A stretch of DNA of 63,005 nucleotides, filler included, from Octopus bimaculoides (Eukaryota): NCBI RefSeq assembly GCF_001194135.2. It is 3 parts of 3 records of this genome, joined end to end, with 100 filler letters (N's around TTAATTAATTAA, not from the genome) between each part and the next. Parts side by side here need not be neighbours in the genome. Positions count along the whole stretch, not along the records: positions 29,411 to 58,354 come from NC_068989.1; 2 more parts are not named here. One strand, given 5' to 3'. Below are positions 40,545 through 52,018 of the stretch, one piece after another. Below the pieces are notes generated by a model, which made no database searches, was not told the origin of the DNA, and saw only the letters and a program-made list of their open reading frames with translations. Each line of letters opens with the position of its first letter. Position 1 is the first letter of the stretch. The translations under genes and the position numbers were made by a program.

Positions 40545-41250
40545 ATACCAGGCCACTTTGAATTTTGTTCGGCTTAAAGGAAGAAAGACGAAGGATTTGA
40601 TCTACCAACCATCTCAAAGTCATTAGAAGTTGAGACTTCCGGGAAGAAATGCATCAGTATTTTCAGAAATAGTATTGTCCTTGAGACGGCGTTTACTGCA
40701 AGGCATAGCTTTCTAAAAATATATACTGGATAAGAAGGTTTAAGATGGTTGTTACAAGAGCCACGAAAAAGGATTACACGTAGATCAAAGTAAGTGACCC
40801 ACTCCTAGTTTTTTTATTTGTTCTTTTCATCCTAACACAACAATTCTAAAAAAAGGTGGTATAAACGCACGTGACCAAGCATTATTATGGTGACAGGGAC
40901 ATCGGCTCAACGATCCCAAGTTACCAAGTTAAGATGTGGTAGCCATCAGAAATACCAGAATTTCCAAAATACACTCGTTAGTTCCCCCCACCTCTTGGAA
41001 GACTACAAGGTTTATACTTATTTCGGCCGGTCCGGATCGTCTGGTGATCACTGCACTATTTCCGAAGAGCCTGAAATACAGTTTCACAAGGCCTGGATGG
41101 TAAGTTAATATCCTGGATGTAAGAGACAATGTGGGTAATGGTGACTGATGCCTTTAAATTGATGATTGTTTTGCGATCTGACTGGAGCTTGAGATCGGGA
41201 TCTCTCTAGACGTCTAGAAACATTTGTAGGAACAACTCACCCAATAGCGA
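40545..41250 (-). mobile_element. Decayed coding-like relic, possibly a LINE APE endonuclease region
   Basis: Minus frame VILFRGSCNNH resembles the IL.GDFN.H motif; RGGG upstream; heavily disrupted. Confidence 0.3.
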
Positions 41251-41415
41251 GAATAATTTGAGACTTGATGTGATGTTTATCCCTCGAATTACTATTGATA
41301 CTTTCTTGTTATCCGTCGTTTTTTTATGATCCCCTCTTCTTTTTTACTTATCTAAAATCTTGCTGTTTTGTATTTCGCCTTTGTACAATCCTTAACATCT
41401 CAGGTCCCTGTGGTT

Positions 41416-41438
41416 AATAATAATAATAATAATAATAA

Positions 41439-41495
<57 letters not shown>

Positions 41496-41511
41496 CAGCA
41501 GCAGCAGCGGC

Positions 41512-41567
<56 letters not shown>
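41416..41567. repeat. (AAT)n-(AGT)n-(AGC)n compound microsatellite
   Basis: Direct. Confidence 0.95.
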
Positions 41568-41568
<1 letters not shown>

Positions 41569-41624
41569 TCGTATAAAAGATGGGCTACAGCAAATATTCT
41601 GCTCAATACCACAGATTTGCTTGT

Positions 41625-42040
41625 CAGTTGCTTGACCATAACTAGTTGAGCATATACTTTAGTGGTTGACAATATGTGCATCTCTGATCACGAGCAGAAT
41701 TAGTGGGAGTGCATCATAGCCATGTGTTGAGAGGAATTCTTTGGGGTCTGAATAATTAACCCCTGGAAACATGGGTGTTTTGTTCATTATCCATAAACAA
41801 ACCTTAACCAGGGACCTTTTGAATGGGATGGACTACTAGACCTGAAGAAAATTCTAACTGGGCCCCACCTGCAAGGTCATGCGCTGTTTATCTTGATATG
41901 AGATCACCATGTCACGCACATATGGTTGTGATGTATGTGCCTGGTGTACCCTTATCAGACGGGTAATCATAATGGATATATTGGGCTTCGTATATTTGTA
42001 TTTCAGTGTCACTTTGACGGCATGCACTGCACTTTCACTC
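41625..42040 (+). mobile_element. Non-coding retroposon-like repeat ending in (AAT)n
   Basis: GC-richer block terminating directly in an (AAT)n tail; no second copy here. Confidence 0.4.
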
Positions 42041-42081
<41 letters not shown>

Positions 42082-42091
42082 NNNNNNNNNN

Positions 42092-42130
<39 letters not shown>

Positions 42131-42134
42131 TGAT

Positions 42135-42820
42135 GATGTGTCAGAAAAATGTAGAGACTGTGGAACTTGGAACGAGACAGAAGCATACATTGTGGAAGAA
42201 TGCCTCAAGTTGGCACAGGAAGAATATAAGAAATGGAGGTACGACCGAGTTGTAAAAGTTATACACTGTAAAATGTGCCAGAAATGGGGATTTGAAGCTG
42301 GAAATACATGGTAAAATCATCGAGTCGAAAGAGTATTGGAGTCGGAGAAATGTAAGATTTTGTGGGACTTTACAGTTCAAACGGACAAGAAATTAGAAAA
42401 CAATAGACCAGATTTTACTATCATAGATAAGGAAAAGCGAAGTTGCCTACTTATCGACCTATCATGCTCATTTGATTCCAGGATCATAAAGAAAGAGTAA
42501 GAAAAACAAAAGCAATACAATCCCCTAAAATTTGAAATAGGAAGAATTTGGAGCATGCGAGCAGTAAAGGTGGCGCCTATAATAATTGGTACGCTGGGAT
42601 CAGTAAGCCAAGATATAGACAAATGGCTGGGTGAGATTGAAATAGAATGCCCGGTAGAGTCCTACAGAAAGTTTATCTCTTAGGGATAGCAAGGATTATC
42701 AAGAAAGTCCTAAGCACTTGAAAGACTGCTAAAAACTTGTGGATACCGAAGGTTACAGGTAGTAACCCGCTACCCACATAATCCCTACAAGGAGTAAGAC
42801 CGGATCTGAGACAAACCCAA
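42135..42820 (+). mobile_element. R4/Dong-like non-LTR retrotransposon 3' end (zinc knuckle plus restriction-like endonuclease), copy 1
   Basis: KCRDCG..NETEAYIVEEC; ILWDFTVQTDKKLENNRPDFTIIDK...LIDLSC...EKQKQYNPLK; IIIGTLGSV; stop at 42719-42721; flanked by (AAT)n. Confidence 0.88.
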
Positions 42821-42830
42821 ATAATAATAA

Positions 42831-43012
42831 TCCTTTCTACTATAGGCACAAGGCCTGAAATTTGGGGGGAGGGGTAAAACCAATTATATCGATCCCAGTA
42901 CTCAAGTGGTACTTAGTTTATCGACTCCGAAAGGATGAAAGGCAAAGTCGACCTCAGCGGAATTTGAACTCAGAATGTAGTGACGGGTGAAATACCACTA
43001 AGCATTTCGTCC
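42831..43012 (-). mobile_element. SINE family A, head-truncated
   Basis: TCCTTTCTACTATAGGCACAAGGCCTG tail and family body. Confidence 0.9.
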
Positions 43013-43034
43013 AATGATAATAATGATAATAATG

Positions 43035-43086
<52 letters not shown>

Positions 43087-43100
43087 TAATAATAATAATA

Positions 43101-43700
43101 CGAAAACAAAATGAGACCATCGATCATGTTGTCTCCATGTGCAGTCTGCTTGCGCCTACAGAGTATCTCAACAGGCATNNNNNNNNNNNNNNNNNNNNNN
43201 NNNNNNNNNNNNNNNNNNNNNNNNNNNNNNNNNNNNNNNNNNNNNNNNNNNNNNNNNNNNNNNNNNNNNNNNNNNNNNNNNNNNNNNNNNNNNNNNNNNN
43301 NNNNNNNNNNNNNNNNNNNNNNNNNNNNNNNNNNNNNNNNNNNNNNNNNNNNNNNNNNNNNNNNNNNNNNNNNNNNNNNNNNNNNNNNNNNNNNNNNNNN
43401 NNNNGATTACTACCTAGATCAGATTCCAGGAAACCCCAAAATGGCTGAAGTTCAAAAGATAGTGCTCATGGGAACTGCCCATATCCTACGTAAAATACTG
43501 TCTATGTGATCTCAAATTTTAAAGCAAACACATAATTTTCTTATGGTTTCTTAAACATTCACTTGAACAAAACTGTACAAATCCAAATATATGGTACCCT
43601 AGGCATAACACCTACATGAACTTCTAACTTGTTGTCTCTTGAGGTCTCTGGGTGAGACTTGGATCCAACTTGTACAAATGCAAAACAAAAGTCAAACATA
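43101..43700 (+). mobile_element. R4/Dong-like non-LTR retrotransposon 3' end, copy 2 (different subfamily)
   Basis: QNETIDHVVSMCSLLAPTEYLNRH ...gap... EVQKIVLMGTAHILRKILSM stop (43507-43509); (AAT)n on both sides. Confidence 0.85.
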
Positions 43701-43701
43701 A

Positions 43702-43746
<45 letters not shown>

Positions 43747-43879
43747 CTTCCTCTGTTTCTTTTGTCTTCGGAAGTCATTGTCATACATCACAGTAATTAT
43801 TTGATTACAGGTATTTAGAAGACATGTACAGAATTAATATGTATTTGGATGCACAAATTGATAAATTTATCCCAGAATT

Positions 43880-44170
43880 TCTTTAGACGAGATTACCTTC
43901 GACCTTTTCCCAGTATTTGTTCACGAGAGATTTTATTCTGATACAGAATCCAGACTCTCCAGCATGATTCTCAGGCGACCAGCAAATGTCATATTTTTCT
44001 AGTTATAGAACTGCAAGTCCACTATATTGTCCTGGTTAATTTTCAAGCTTGTCATGATGTTATAATTTCCAAAATTGGGACATACAGCTGAAGATTCGAG
44101 TTGGCTTTTAACATTCCGTCGATACCTCGTCTCTTTAATGTTCAAGCTCAACTAGAATCTCTTGAAAGGT
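43880..44170 (-). mobile_element. Penelope-like GIY-YIG endonuclease C-terminal relic
   Basis: RRNVKSQLESSAV...QDNIVDL...RLRIMLESL...NTGKRS resembles the PLE EH...SAVA.H...DN..IL...R...ES..I...N.D.G pattern. Confidence 0.45.
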
Positions 44171-44948
44171 GTTATACTTTTGATAATGGTTCGAGAGAGA
44201 ATACATTTGCAAGCAATAACAAGTACCGAAATGAATGAATGTCGGGAAATAAATCTAAGATATTAAATGGAAGATCTCTTTATATATACAAATATGTTAA
44301 ATTGAGGTTTTCATAAGAAATATTTCTCGTTTCATTCGGTGCATGGCAAATTTTAACAGCCGTAACCACATGCGGTAACTACGTGATTCTCGGCATATAC
44401 ATGGCTCAAAGACATCGTAGAGATCTTTGAATGGAAGCAAATTGGCGCAGATACAACACCAAGGTGATGTTTAAACTGAAATGGATAGGTTATAGTCGCT
44501 TGCCCTATGTCAAACAATACTGGAGGAACAGCACGCACACACATACACACGTAGACATCTAAACACGTTCTCACAGAACAATGAGTACACAATCCTACAG
44601 CCACACATGTGTCAGCACGTAGACACTCACACACTTAGACGCACACATTTGCACACATATACATGCATACAACTAAAAATACAGGCACACACACAACATA
44701 CACACATACTCTCAGTCATTCACACATATACATTTATACACACACACACGCACGCACGCACAGACAGTTCTCTGAATATTCCCCATATAGGAATGAATTC
44801 CAAAGCAGTTCGAGTTCCTGTCAGGTGACACTATTTATTACAAATTCATCTAATTAACAGGTATAGTAGGAAATTGTTAATCAACTTCGAACCTGATTGC
44901 CAACATTGGACCATTTTCCATGCATGAAAATTAATATTTTTCCTGTCA

Positions 44949-44987
<39 letters not shown>

Positions 44988-45707
44988 TGCGTGCGTGCGT
45001 GCGTGTGCGCGTGTGAGGAGGGAGAGAGAGAGAAAGCTGGAGGAGAGAAAGAGGGAAAGAGAGAGANNNNNNNNNNNNNNNNNNNNNNNNNNNNNNNNNN
45101 NNNNNNNNNNNNNNNNNNNNNNNNNNNNNNNNNNNNNNNNNNNNNNNNNNNNNNNNNNNNNNNNNNNNNNNNNNNNNNNNNNNNNNNNNNNNNNNNNNNN
45201 NNNNNNNNNNNNNNNNNNNNNNNNNNNNNNNNNNNNNNNNNNNNNNNNNNNNNNNNNNNNNNNNNNNNNNNNNNNNNNNNNNNNNNNNNNNNNNNNNNNN
45301 NNNNNNNNNNNNNNNNNNNNNNNNNNNNNNNNNNNNNNNNNNNNNNNNNNNNNNNNNNNNNNNNNNNNNNNNNNNNNNNNNNNNNNNNNNNNNNNNNNNN
45401 NNNNNNNNNNNNNNNNNNNNNNNNNNNNNNNNNNNNNNNNNNNNNNNNNNNNNNNNNNNNNNNNNNNNNNNNNNNNNNNNNNNNNNNNNNNNNNNNNNNN
45501 NNNNNNNNNNNNNNNNNNNNNNNNNNNNNNNNNNNNNNNNNNNNNNNNNNNNNNNNNNNNNNNNNNNNNNNNNNNNNNNNNNNNNNNNNNNNNNNNNNNN
45601 NNNNNNNNNNNNNNNNNNNNNNNNNNNNNNNNNNNNNNNNNNNNNNNNNNNNNNNNNNNNNNNNNNNNNNNNNNNNNNNNNNNNNNNNNNNNNNNNNNNN
45701 NNNNNNN

Positions 45708-45749
<42 letters not shown>

Positions 45750-45880
45750 AAGTATACATATTTTGTTATGTCTCGGGAGGGTCATAATGGCAACAAGCAC
45801 ATTCGCTGGTTCTCTTCCACTTTTTTTTTTACTATTAGTCATCTAGTTAATCATTTAACCAAAAACAATAACAATAGCGG

Positions 45881-45914
45881 AGTCAAGGCGACATTCATGA
45901 AGGTCGCCTTGACT
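45881..45914. other. Near-perfect 34-bp palindrome/hairpin
   Basis: AGTCAAGGCGAC a TTCATGAA g GTCGCCTTGACT. Confidence 0.9.
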
Positions 45915-46384
45915 TTGTTATTATTGTAATATTACTTTTGTGTTTGGTATTTGTGCTTGTATTTCCTGGAATCAGATAATTTTATTAATGGAAAGTAATG
46001 TACATCGTATATACCCAGAGAATTCGGAAGAATCCAACAGGACTCAATCGTATTCCACTCGATGAAGCGCCTACACACGGCTGTTGCGAGAAAATATTCA
46101 ACTATATTGTAATTATAAAGAATAAACTTGCGTAATTGGATACGAATAGAAACTCAGCATGTTAACGTTGGTGTACGGTGCAGAAACAAATGTTGTGTTC
46201 TACTATTAAAGCTTGATATCCTCCATCCTCGTGTTATATTATCCTTATATTAATCTCATGTAAAGAGAAGTTCCATATGTAGGTTAACATGTGGTAGCCA
46301 AATAATAGCATAAGAGATCTTATATGCACGTTACGAAGTTTTTACTCGAATCATGTTTTTCCATTCTGTGAACTTTCCGTCTTT

Positions 46385-46412
46385 CCGACGAAGGGCTCCG
46401 CCCGAAACGTCA
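46385..46412 (+). ncRNA. Minimal hammerhead-like motif with U4-to-C variant core
   Basis: CCGACGA A GGGC TCC GCCC GAAA CG TC; palindromic ACGT stem III; weak stem I. Confidence 0.5.
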
Positions 46413-47049
46413 TACTCTCTCTCTTTCCTTTCCCGAGCGTCTAATAACACTATCCGTATCACGTCCTCACTTTGTTGTTTTTTGTTATTGTTTTTTGTCT
46501 TNNNNNNNNNNNNNNNNNNNNNNNNNNNNNNNNNNNNNNNNNNNNNNNNNNNNNNNNNNNNNNNNNNNNNNNNNNNNNNNNNNNNNNNNNNNNNNNNNNN
46601 NNNNNNNNNNNNNNNNNNNNNNNNNNNNNNNNNNNNNNNNNNNNNNNNNNNNNNNNNNNNNNNNNNNNNNNNNNNNNNNNNNNNNNNNNNNNNNNNNNNN
46701 NNNNNNNNNNNNNNNNNNNNNNNNNNNNNNNNNNNNNNNNNNNNNNNNNNNNNNNNNNNNNNNNNNNNNNNNNNNNNNNNNNNNNNNNNNNNNNNNNNNN
46801 NNNNNNNNNNNNNNNNNNNNNNNNNNNNNNNNNNNNNNNNNNNNNNNNNNNNNNNNNNNNNNNNNNNNNNNNNNNNNNNNNNNNNNNNNNNNNNNNNNNN
46901 NNNNNNNNNNNNNNNNNNNNNNNNNNNNNNNNNNNNNNNNNNNNNNNNNNNNNNNNNNNNNNNNNNGAGAAGGAAAATAAATAAACGGGAATAAATTACG
47001 AAAAAATACGAGAGAAATAAATAAGAGTTTTGTCTCTAACCTGTTAGAT

Positions 47050-47558
47050 CGGGGTCGCCAAAGGGGGTCCGAGGGAGCCCCTAGGGGTCGGTGAAGAATT
47101 ACAGAGGGTCGATGATAGCCAAGGGGTCAGCGAGAAATTACAGGGCTCGATGATAGCCAAGAGGTCGAAGGGGTCGGCGTGTGAAAGACCAGCTCACCCA
47201 GATGAACTGCATGCAATACTTAGTCAACTCCATGCTCATCCGTCACATTGATGCTATCAATTTCAATAAAAGATATTCCAGCAATATGATGCGTTTTTCA
47301 CATTTTTTAACCGTGAAAACATAAAAATTGAGAGTTTAACACTGTATACTCGTACACGTAGTTTTAAATAGCATTTCTTAATTTGTCGTACATGTATATT
47401 TTAACCAACATTTTAATTGCCATCATCAGTACCTGGTACGCATTTAAGATATGGTACTGTAGGGTAGGGTATTAAGATATTTTGAATGAGGAGAGTGGTC
47501 GATACGGAAGGAGAAGTGGCTAAAGGGGTCGATGGTCGAAAAAGTTTGGCGACCCCTG
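47050..47558. mobile_element. hAT (Buster-type) MITE with perfect 8-bp TSD
   Basis: TIRs C(A)GGGGTCGCCAAA / TTTGGCGACCCCTG; TSD TGTTAGAT at 47042-47049 and 47559-47566; subterminal GGGGTC repeats. Confidence 0.92.
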
Positions 47559-48124
47559 TGTTAGATGAAGAATATTTTTAATGATGAGAATTTATATCTA
47601 AAATAATTATGGAGGGAAAGTGCATAAAATGTAAGTTTAATCCAGTGATTTGGGTGACGTCCAGTTCAAAAAGAGAAACTTGTTAAAATGTCGACATCTT
47701 GTAAAATCTCTGCTTTCGAGTTTAAAAGGTCGGTGTAGTTCTTTGATTTAATAAGAATGTGTGCTCTTTCAGCAACTCAAAGCTTGCACATTTTTGACCA
47801 ACCAATTAATGTATGGCCTAGATGTCTTTAAAATGATAGTGTGTGGTATATTGTTGCAGTTGGGTCCCAGATATAGTTTGCAAGCTTTGTACTTTCCTTC
47901 CTGGAAAGAAGACTTATGGTTGGCGTATCTCATTTTGAAGTACAGCCAGTCATTACTTGCGAATGCGTATGGCTTCGTAACATGTACCCATGCTTTCGCT
48001 GATTGACGTAGGTGCCTATGTGGTCGCAACTATACATAGATACCTGCACGGCTAACCCTTTACCCAGTAGAGCATTATAAGTGAAACTACAAGAGAGAGT
48101 GGGACCCGAACCAGCACCCAGCCG

Positions 48125-48260
48125 GCAGTCGTTACAGTTGAGTAGATTGGAGCGACGAGAAATGAAATGTCTTGTTCAGTTATATAACGCATCACTTGCC
48201 TAAGAAATTGAACATGTCCTTTTGATCATGGGCCGAACAACCTAACCACTTGGCCATACG
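48125..48260 (-). mobile_element. tRNA-headed SINE family D, degenerate
   Basis: Minus strand TGGCCAAGTGGTTAGGTTGTTCGGCCCATGATC head, CAAGACATTTCATTTC body. Confidence 0.6.
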
Positions 48261-48399
48261 TGTGTGCATATTCACATATACATATTTATAAACACATGCT
48301 TATATATGTACATGTATATATATATGTGTGTGTGTATGTTTGTGTGTGTGTATATACGCATACACATACATACGTATATATATATATATATATATATAT

Positions 48400-48544
48400 A
48401 GTGTGCCACGAGACGATGCTAGGTGTGCCGCAGTGTAACCTGAATATAATTTTTTTCCTTATACTTTAATTATATTTTTAGTTCAGGTGTGCCGCCGAAC
48501 AGAATATAAGTGTTTCGCGAGTGAAAAGAGGTTGCGGAGCACTG
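48400..48544. mobile_element. One end of a hAT-like MITE
   Basis: Ends AGGTTGCGGAGCACTG followed by GTCTAGTC (central TA); GTGTGCC subterminal repeats; other end not found. Confidence 0.45.
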
Positions 48545-49127
48545 GTCTAGTCGATATAGTGACATATATGTGTGTGAGCGTTTCTTTACAAATTGGCCAG
48601 CGTACCTTGAATTTTACCTCCCATCTCTTACCTTCTAATTAAAAATGAGGGTACAATGACCAATATAAGAATCTGTGAGTCTGAACGCTGATAACAAACG
48701 AAACACCATCACGGGCTACCGAAAACATACCCCCATGTGCTTAATTTCACAGCAACAGTTAATACATAATGATATGATACAGTATATTAATACATAATAT
48801 GCACTCTATTGTACATACGCAGTTCTGAAACTGTCTTCACGTATTAAAACTATATTGAAAATAAGTGAAATTGAAGAGCCATTTATTAATCTTCTACACC
48901 GCATTTCTTTCTTTCCCTACACTCTGCCCATCCACCCCTCTATCTATTTTCTCCATGTTGTTGACATCATAAGAATTTAAACTTTCGAGAGAACGTTAAA
49001 TAATTCTTTTGCAGAATAATGGTTCTCGAAGCAGATGATAAAGCTTTAATTTATCGCATGTAAATATCAGGTTGAAAAAACTCTTTTGGATGGAAAAAAA
49101 TTGAAAGTCGTTATCTATCTATCTATC

Positions 49128-49364
49128 TTATTTCTTTATTGCCCACAAGGAGCTAAACATAGAGGGGACAAACAAGGACAGACAAACGGATTAAGTCGAT
49201 TGCATCGACCCCAGTGCGTAACTGGTACTTAATTTATCGACCCCGAAAGGATGAAAGGCAAAGTCGACCTCGGCGGAATTTGAACTCAGAACGTAACGGA
49301 ACGGCAGACAAAATACCGCTAAGCACTTCGCCTGGCGTGCTAACGTTTCTGCCAGCTCACCGTC
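49128..49364 (-). mobile_element. SINE family A, full length, alternative tail, inserted in (CTAT)n
   Basis: Family body with a distinct GCCCACAAGGAGCTAAAC tail; CTAT repeats on both sides. Confidence 0.92.
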
Positions 49365-49540
49365 TCTATCTCTATCTATCTAGCCATCCGTGTCAGTCTG
49401 TCTAACTTTTCTTTCTTTCACTGTGTCCTATTCTTTCTTAGCCAGCCTCTGTTAATTTTTTTATATACATTTGCTCTCTTTCTCTTTTTCTTTCCTTTGA
49501 CTTTTTATATGCATTAATACCATACAAGACATTTGAGGTA

Positions 49541-49562
49541 GTAGTGGTGGTGGCGGTGGTGT

Positions 49563-49619
<57 letters not shown>

Positions 49620-49620
49620 C
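49541..49620. repeat. (AGT)n microsatellite
   Basis: Direct. Confidence 0.95.
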
Positions 49621-50209
49621 AACAGCAGGGGAGAGGGGGAGAGGAAGTTGTAGAGGAAAAAGAAGAAACATAACAGATGAATACTCCTACACTTCAAAAC
49701 CACATTGTATTACACTGACTCACATCTGCAATTCTGGTAACCCCCTTACGTAACCAACTTGCTTGTCTAACTCGCCCACTAACCAACCGACCCACCGACC
49801 CACCGACCAACTCATCTACCTTAGCTACCTTATCCACCCGCCTACTTACCTAACCGAATAATGTCGTTGGGGAGTCTAAGTGCTTTGGCTGGCAACCGGT
49901 TACTTGTTACCTTTTGCTAGGTTAACTAATCCGGCCACTGCTAGGGGCTACGGCATTCAATAATTGAATTTTGTATTAAACGAAAGTTGTTCTATCACCA
50001 TAGTCTTGTTGGTAAGGACATTATTAAAGCCATGTATCAGAATAAACTGTATTATCTATATCTGCACTGAAATTTGTAGCTGAGCACTCCCTTTCTTGAA
50101 AAAGCTTCTCGCCTCACGCCATGTTTTGCACAAAAAAGCAAATTATTCCGACCCAAAGGTCGGTAAACTTCTTATATCATTGAACCCCTTCATAGAATCC
50201 TTAACTTAC

Positions 50210-50354
50210 ATCTTATTAAGTAAATCTCTAAAATTAAAATTTAAAAGTACTGTTAATGCAAAAAGAAATTCTTTATATAAAAGTAATACTTCTTTGTTTT
50301 TTTGTGTCATTGCCACTTTTAATGAAGAACATTTAAAGAAATTTAATGAAAATA
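50210..50354 (-). CDS. Candidate 145-nt AT-rich exon of an unknown gene
   Basis: tttatcaatttctctcAG| acceptor, AGAT|GTAAGT donor, 47 open codons (FSLNFFKCSSLKVAMTQKNKEVLLLYKEFLFALTVLLNFNFRDLLNK). Confidence 0.25.
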
Positions 50355-50962
50355 CTGAGAGAAATTGATAAAGAATAATACAAATTCAATCATATTATGT
50401 TGATGTAATTGGAATATTTAATGAGAAACTATGTGCTTGGTGAATACTAGTTATTTGACTGGAATCGATATTTGACTGGAAATTAGGGAGTTTTAACCTT
50501 GAATTACTGCGCTCTTCCAAATTCAGATCGATAATAATTCAGCACCCTTAATGTGTTTATCAACCCCTTGGGTACCCCAAATAGCCAGCACTCACCATTT
50601 TTCAGATGTTAATTTTACCCACCGGTTTGTTCACCCATCCACCATATCCCTCTTTTTAGATATTTGCATTGACAAGTTACTCCGCCCCATCATTGGTAAA
50701 GTTTTATAGAAATTACTTAAAAAAAAAAAAGAAAAAGAAAACGGTGAGGATTCATAATGAAATTATAATGGAATTTTGTTCATCAGTCATGTTTAGGTTC
50801 ACTGCTAACACGCGGTTTTACTCATATTTCTAATCCTGACAAAGAAGGTTTTGAAATACGTTTTCAGTATTGTACATATAAATCTATATATATTGGCCAT
50901 AAAAAATCTGCGAGAAACTGAGTGCGCGATAGTTGAACCACGATATGTCGAGGGATTGCAGT

Positions 50963-51156
50963 AATTCCGGGGCCTGAAATTCCGGGGCCTGAAATTCCGG
51001 GGCACGGGGCTAGTCGATTACAGTACTTATTCTATCAACCCTTAAAAGATGAAAGGCAAAGTCGACCTCGGCAGAATTTCAATTCAGAACGTAAAGAAAA
51101 ACGAAATACCGCTAAACATTTTACCCGGCCGGCTAACGATTCAGCCAGCTCACCAC
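50963..51156 (-). mobile_element. SINE family A with tail reiterated as a 15-bp tandem (about 2.7 units)
   Basis: AATTCCGGGGCCTGA repeats at 50963-51003; family body follows. Confidence 0.85.
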
Positions 51157-51502
51157 ATTGGCAGGATTAATAATGAAACCAAATCAATCCGCGAAAAACT
51201 AGACTTGGGCATCCCGAGATAGCGAAACGATTATGTCAATGGTTAAAAGTCACTTATAAATCTCATTACAACAGATTTCTATGAAGGAGAGATGGCAAAA
51301 ACGTTTGAGTGTCTTTTATTTAGAACACATACGTCACAGCCCTACTAAACACTTAGGAACTCTCAGCATCCCCTTGATATTAGCCGTCAACCTGAGAACG
51401 TTTTGAGTCACAAGGTAGCGTCCCATTGTGATCTCACAACGTCCACAGAGGGCGCAACCATCTTTAGAATGGAAAGTATCAGTCGTCAATATATCGCGAT
51501 TT

Positions 51503-51720
51503 AAGGGCAGCGAGCTGGCAGAATCGTTAACACGCTGGACGAAATGCTTAGCGGCGTTTCGTCCGTTATTCTGAGTTCAAATTCCGCCGAGGTCGACTTT
51601 GTCTTTCATCCTTTCGGATGAAAGTACCGTTAATCAAATAAGTACCTGTTGATCAATGGGGTCGCTGTAATCGACTTACTTTCACCCCCGAAATTACTGG
51701 CCTTGTGCCAAAATTGAAAC
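51503..51720 (+). mobile_element. SINE family A, full length
   Basis: GGCAGCGAGCTGGCAGAATCGTT head through GGCCTTGTGCCAAAATTGAAAC tail. Confidence 0.92.
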
Positions 51721-51759
51721 TTATATATGGCAATTTATCTTACTTATTTATATCTACGA

Positions 51760-51955
51760 GATCGGTCGAGCTGCTAGAGATACAAATGAAATCTCTTTCA
51801 AATCACACACTACAGTCTTAGATAAGGGAAAAGGTACATTGGATATAATTCTAGATAACCTGTAAAAAGATGAGGTGACCACAGACGGACTCTTTTTGAT
51901 CAAAGATCTATTCTATTAGAGTCGAACTGAGGTTGAAACAAACAAACACAACACC
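51760..51955 (+). mobile_element. Repeat family E with (AAAC/AAC) tail
   Basis: ACATTGGAT and TTGATC motifs match the reverse complement of 39750-39900. Confidence 0.55.
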
Positions 51956-52018
51956 TTTGTTCAACAAAGTATTCCGAAAAGATAGACTATTCTTCTATCT
52001 CACAGCAAAGTAACTTAA

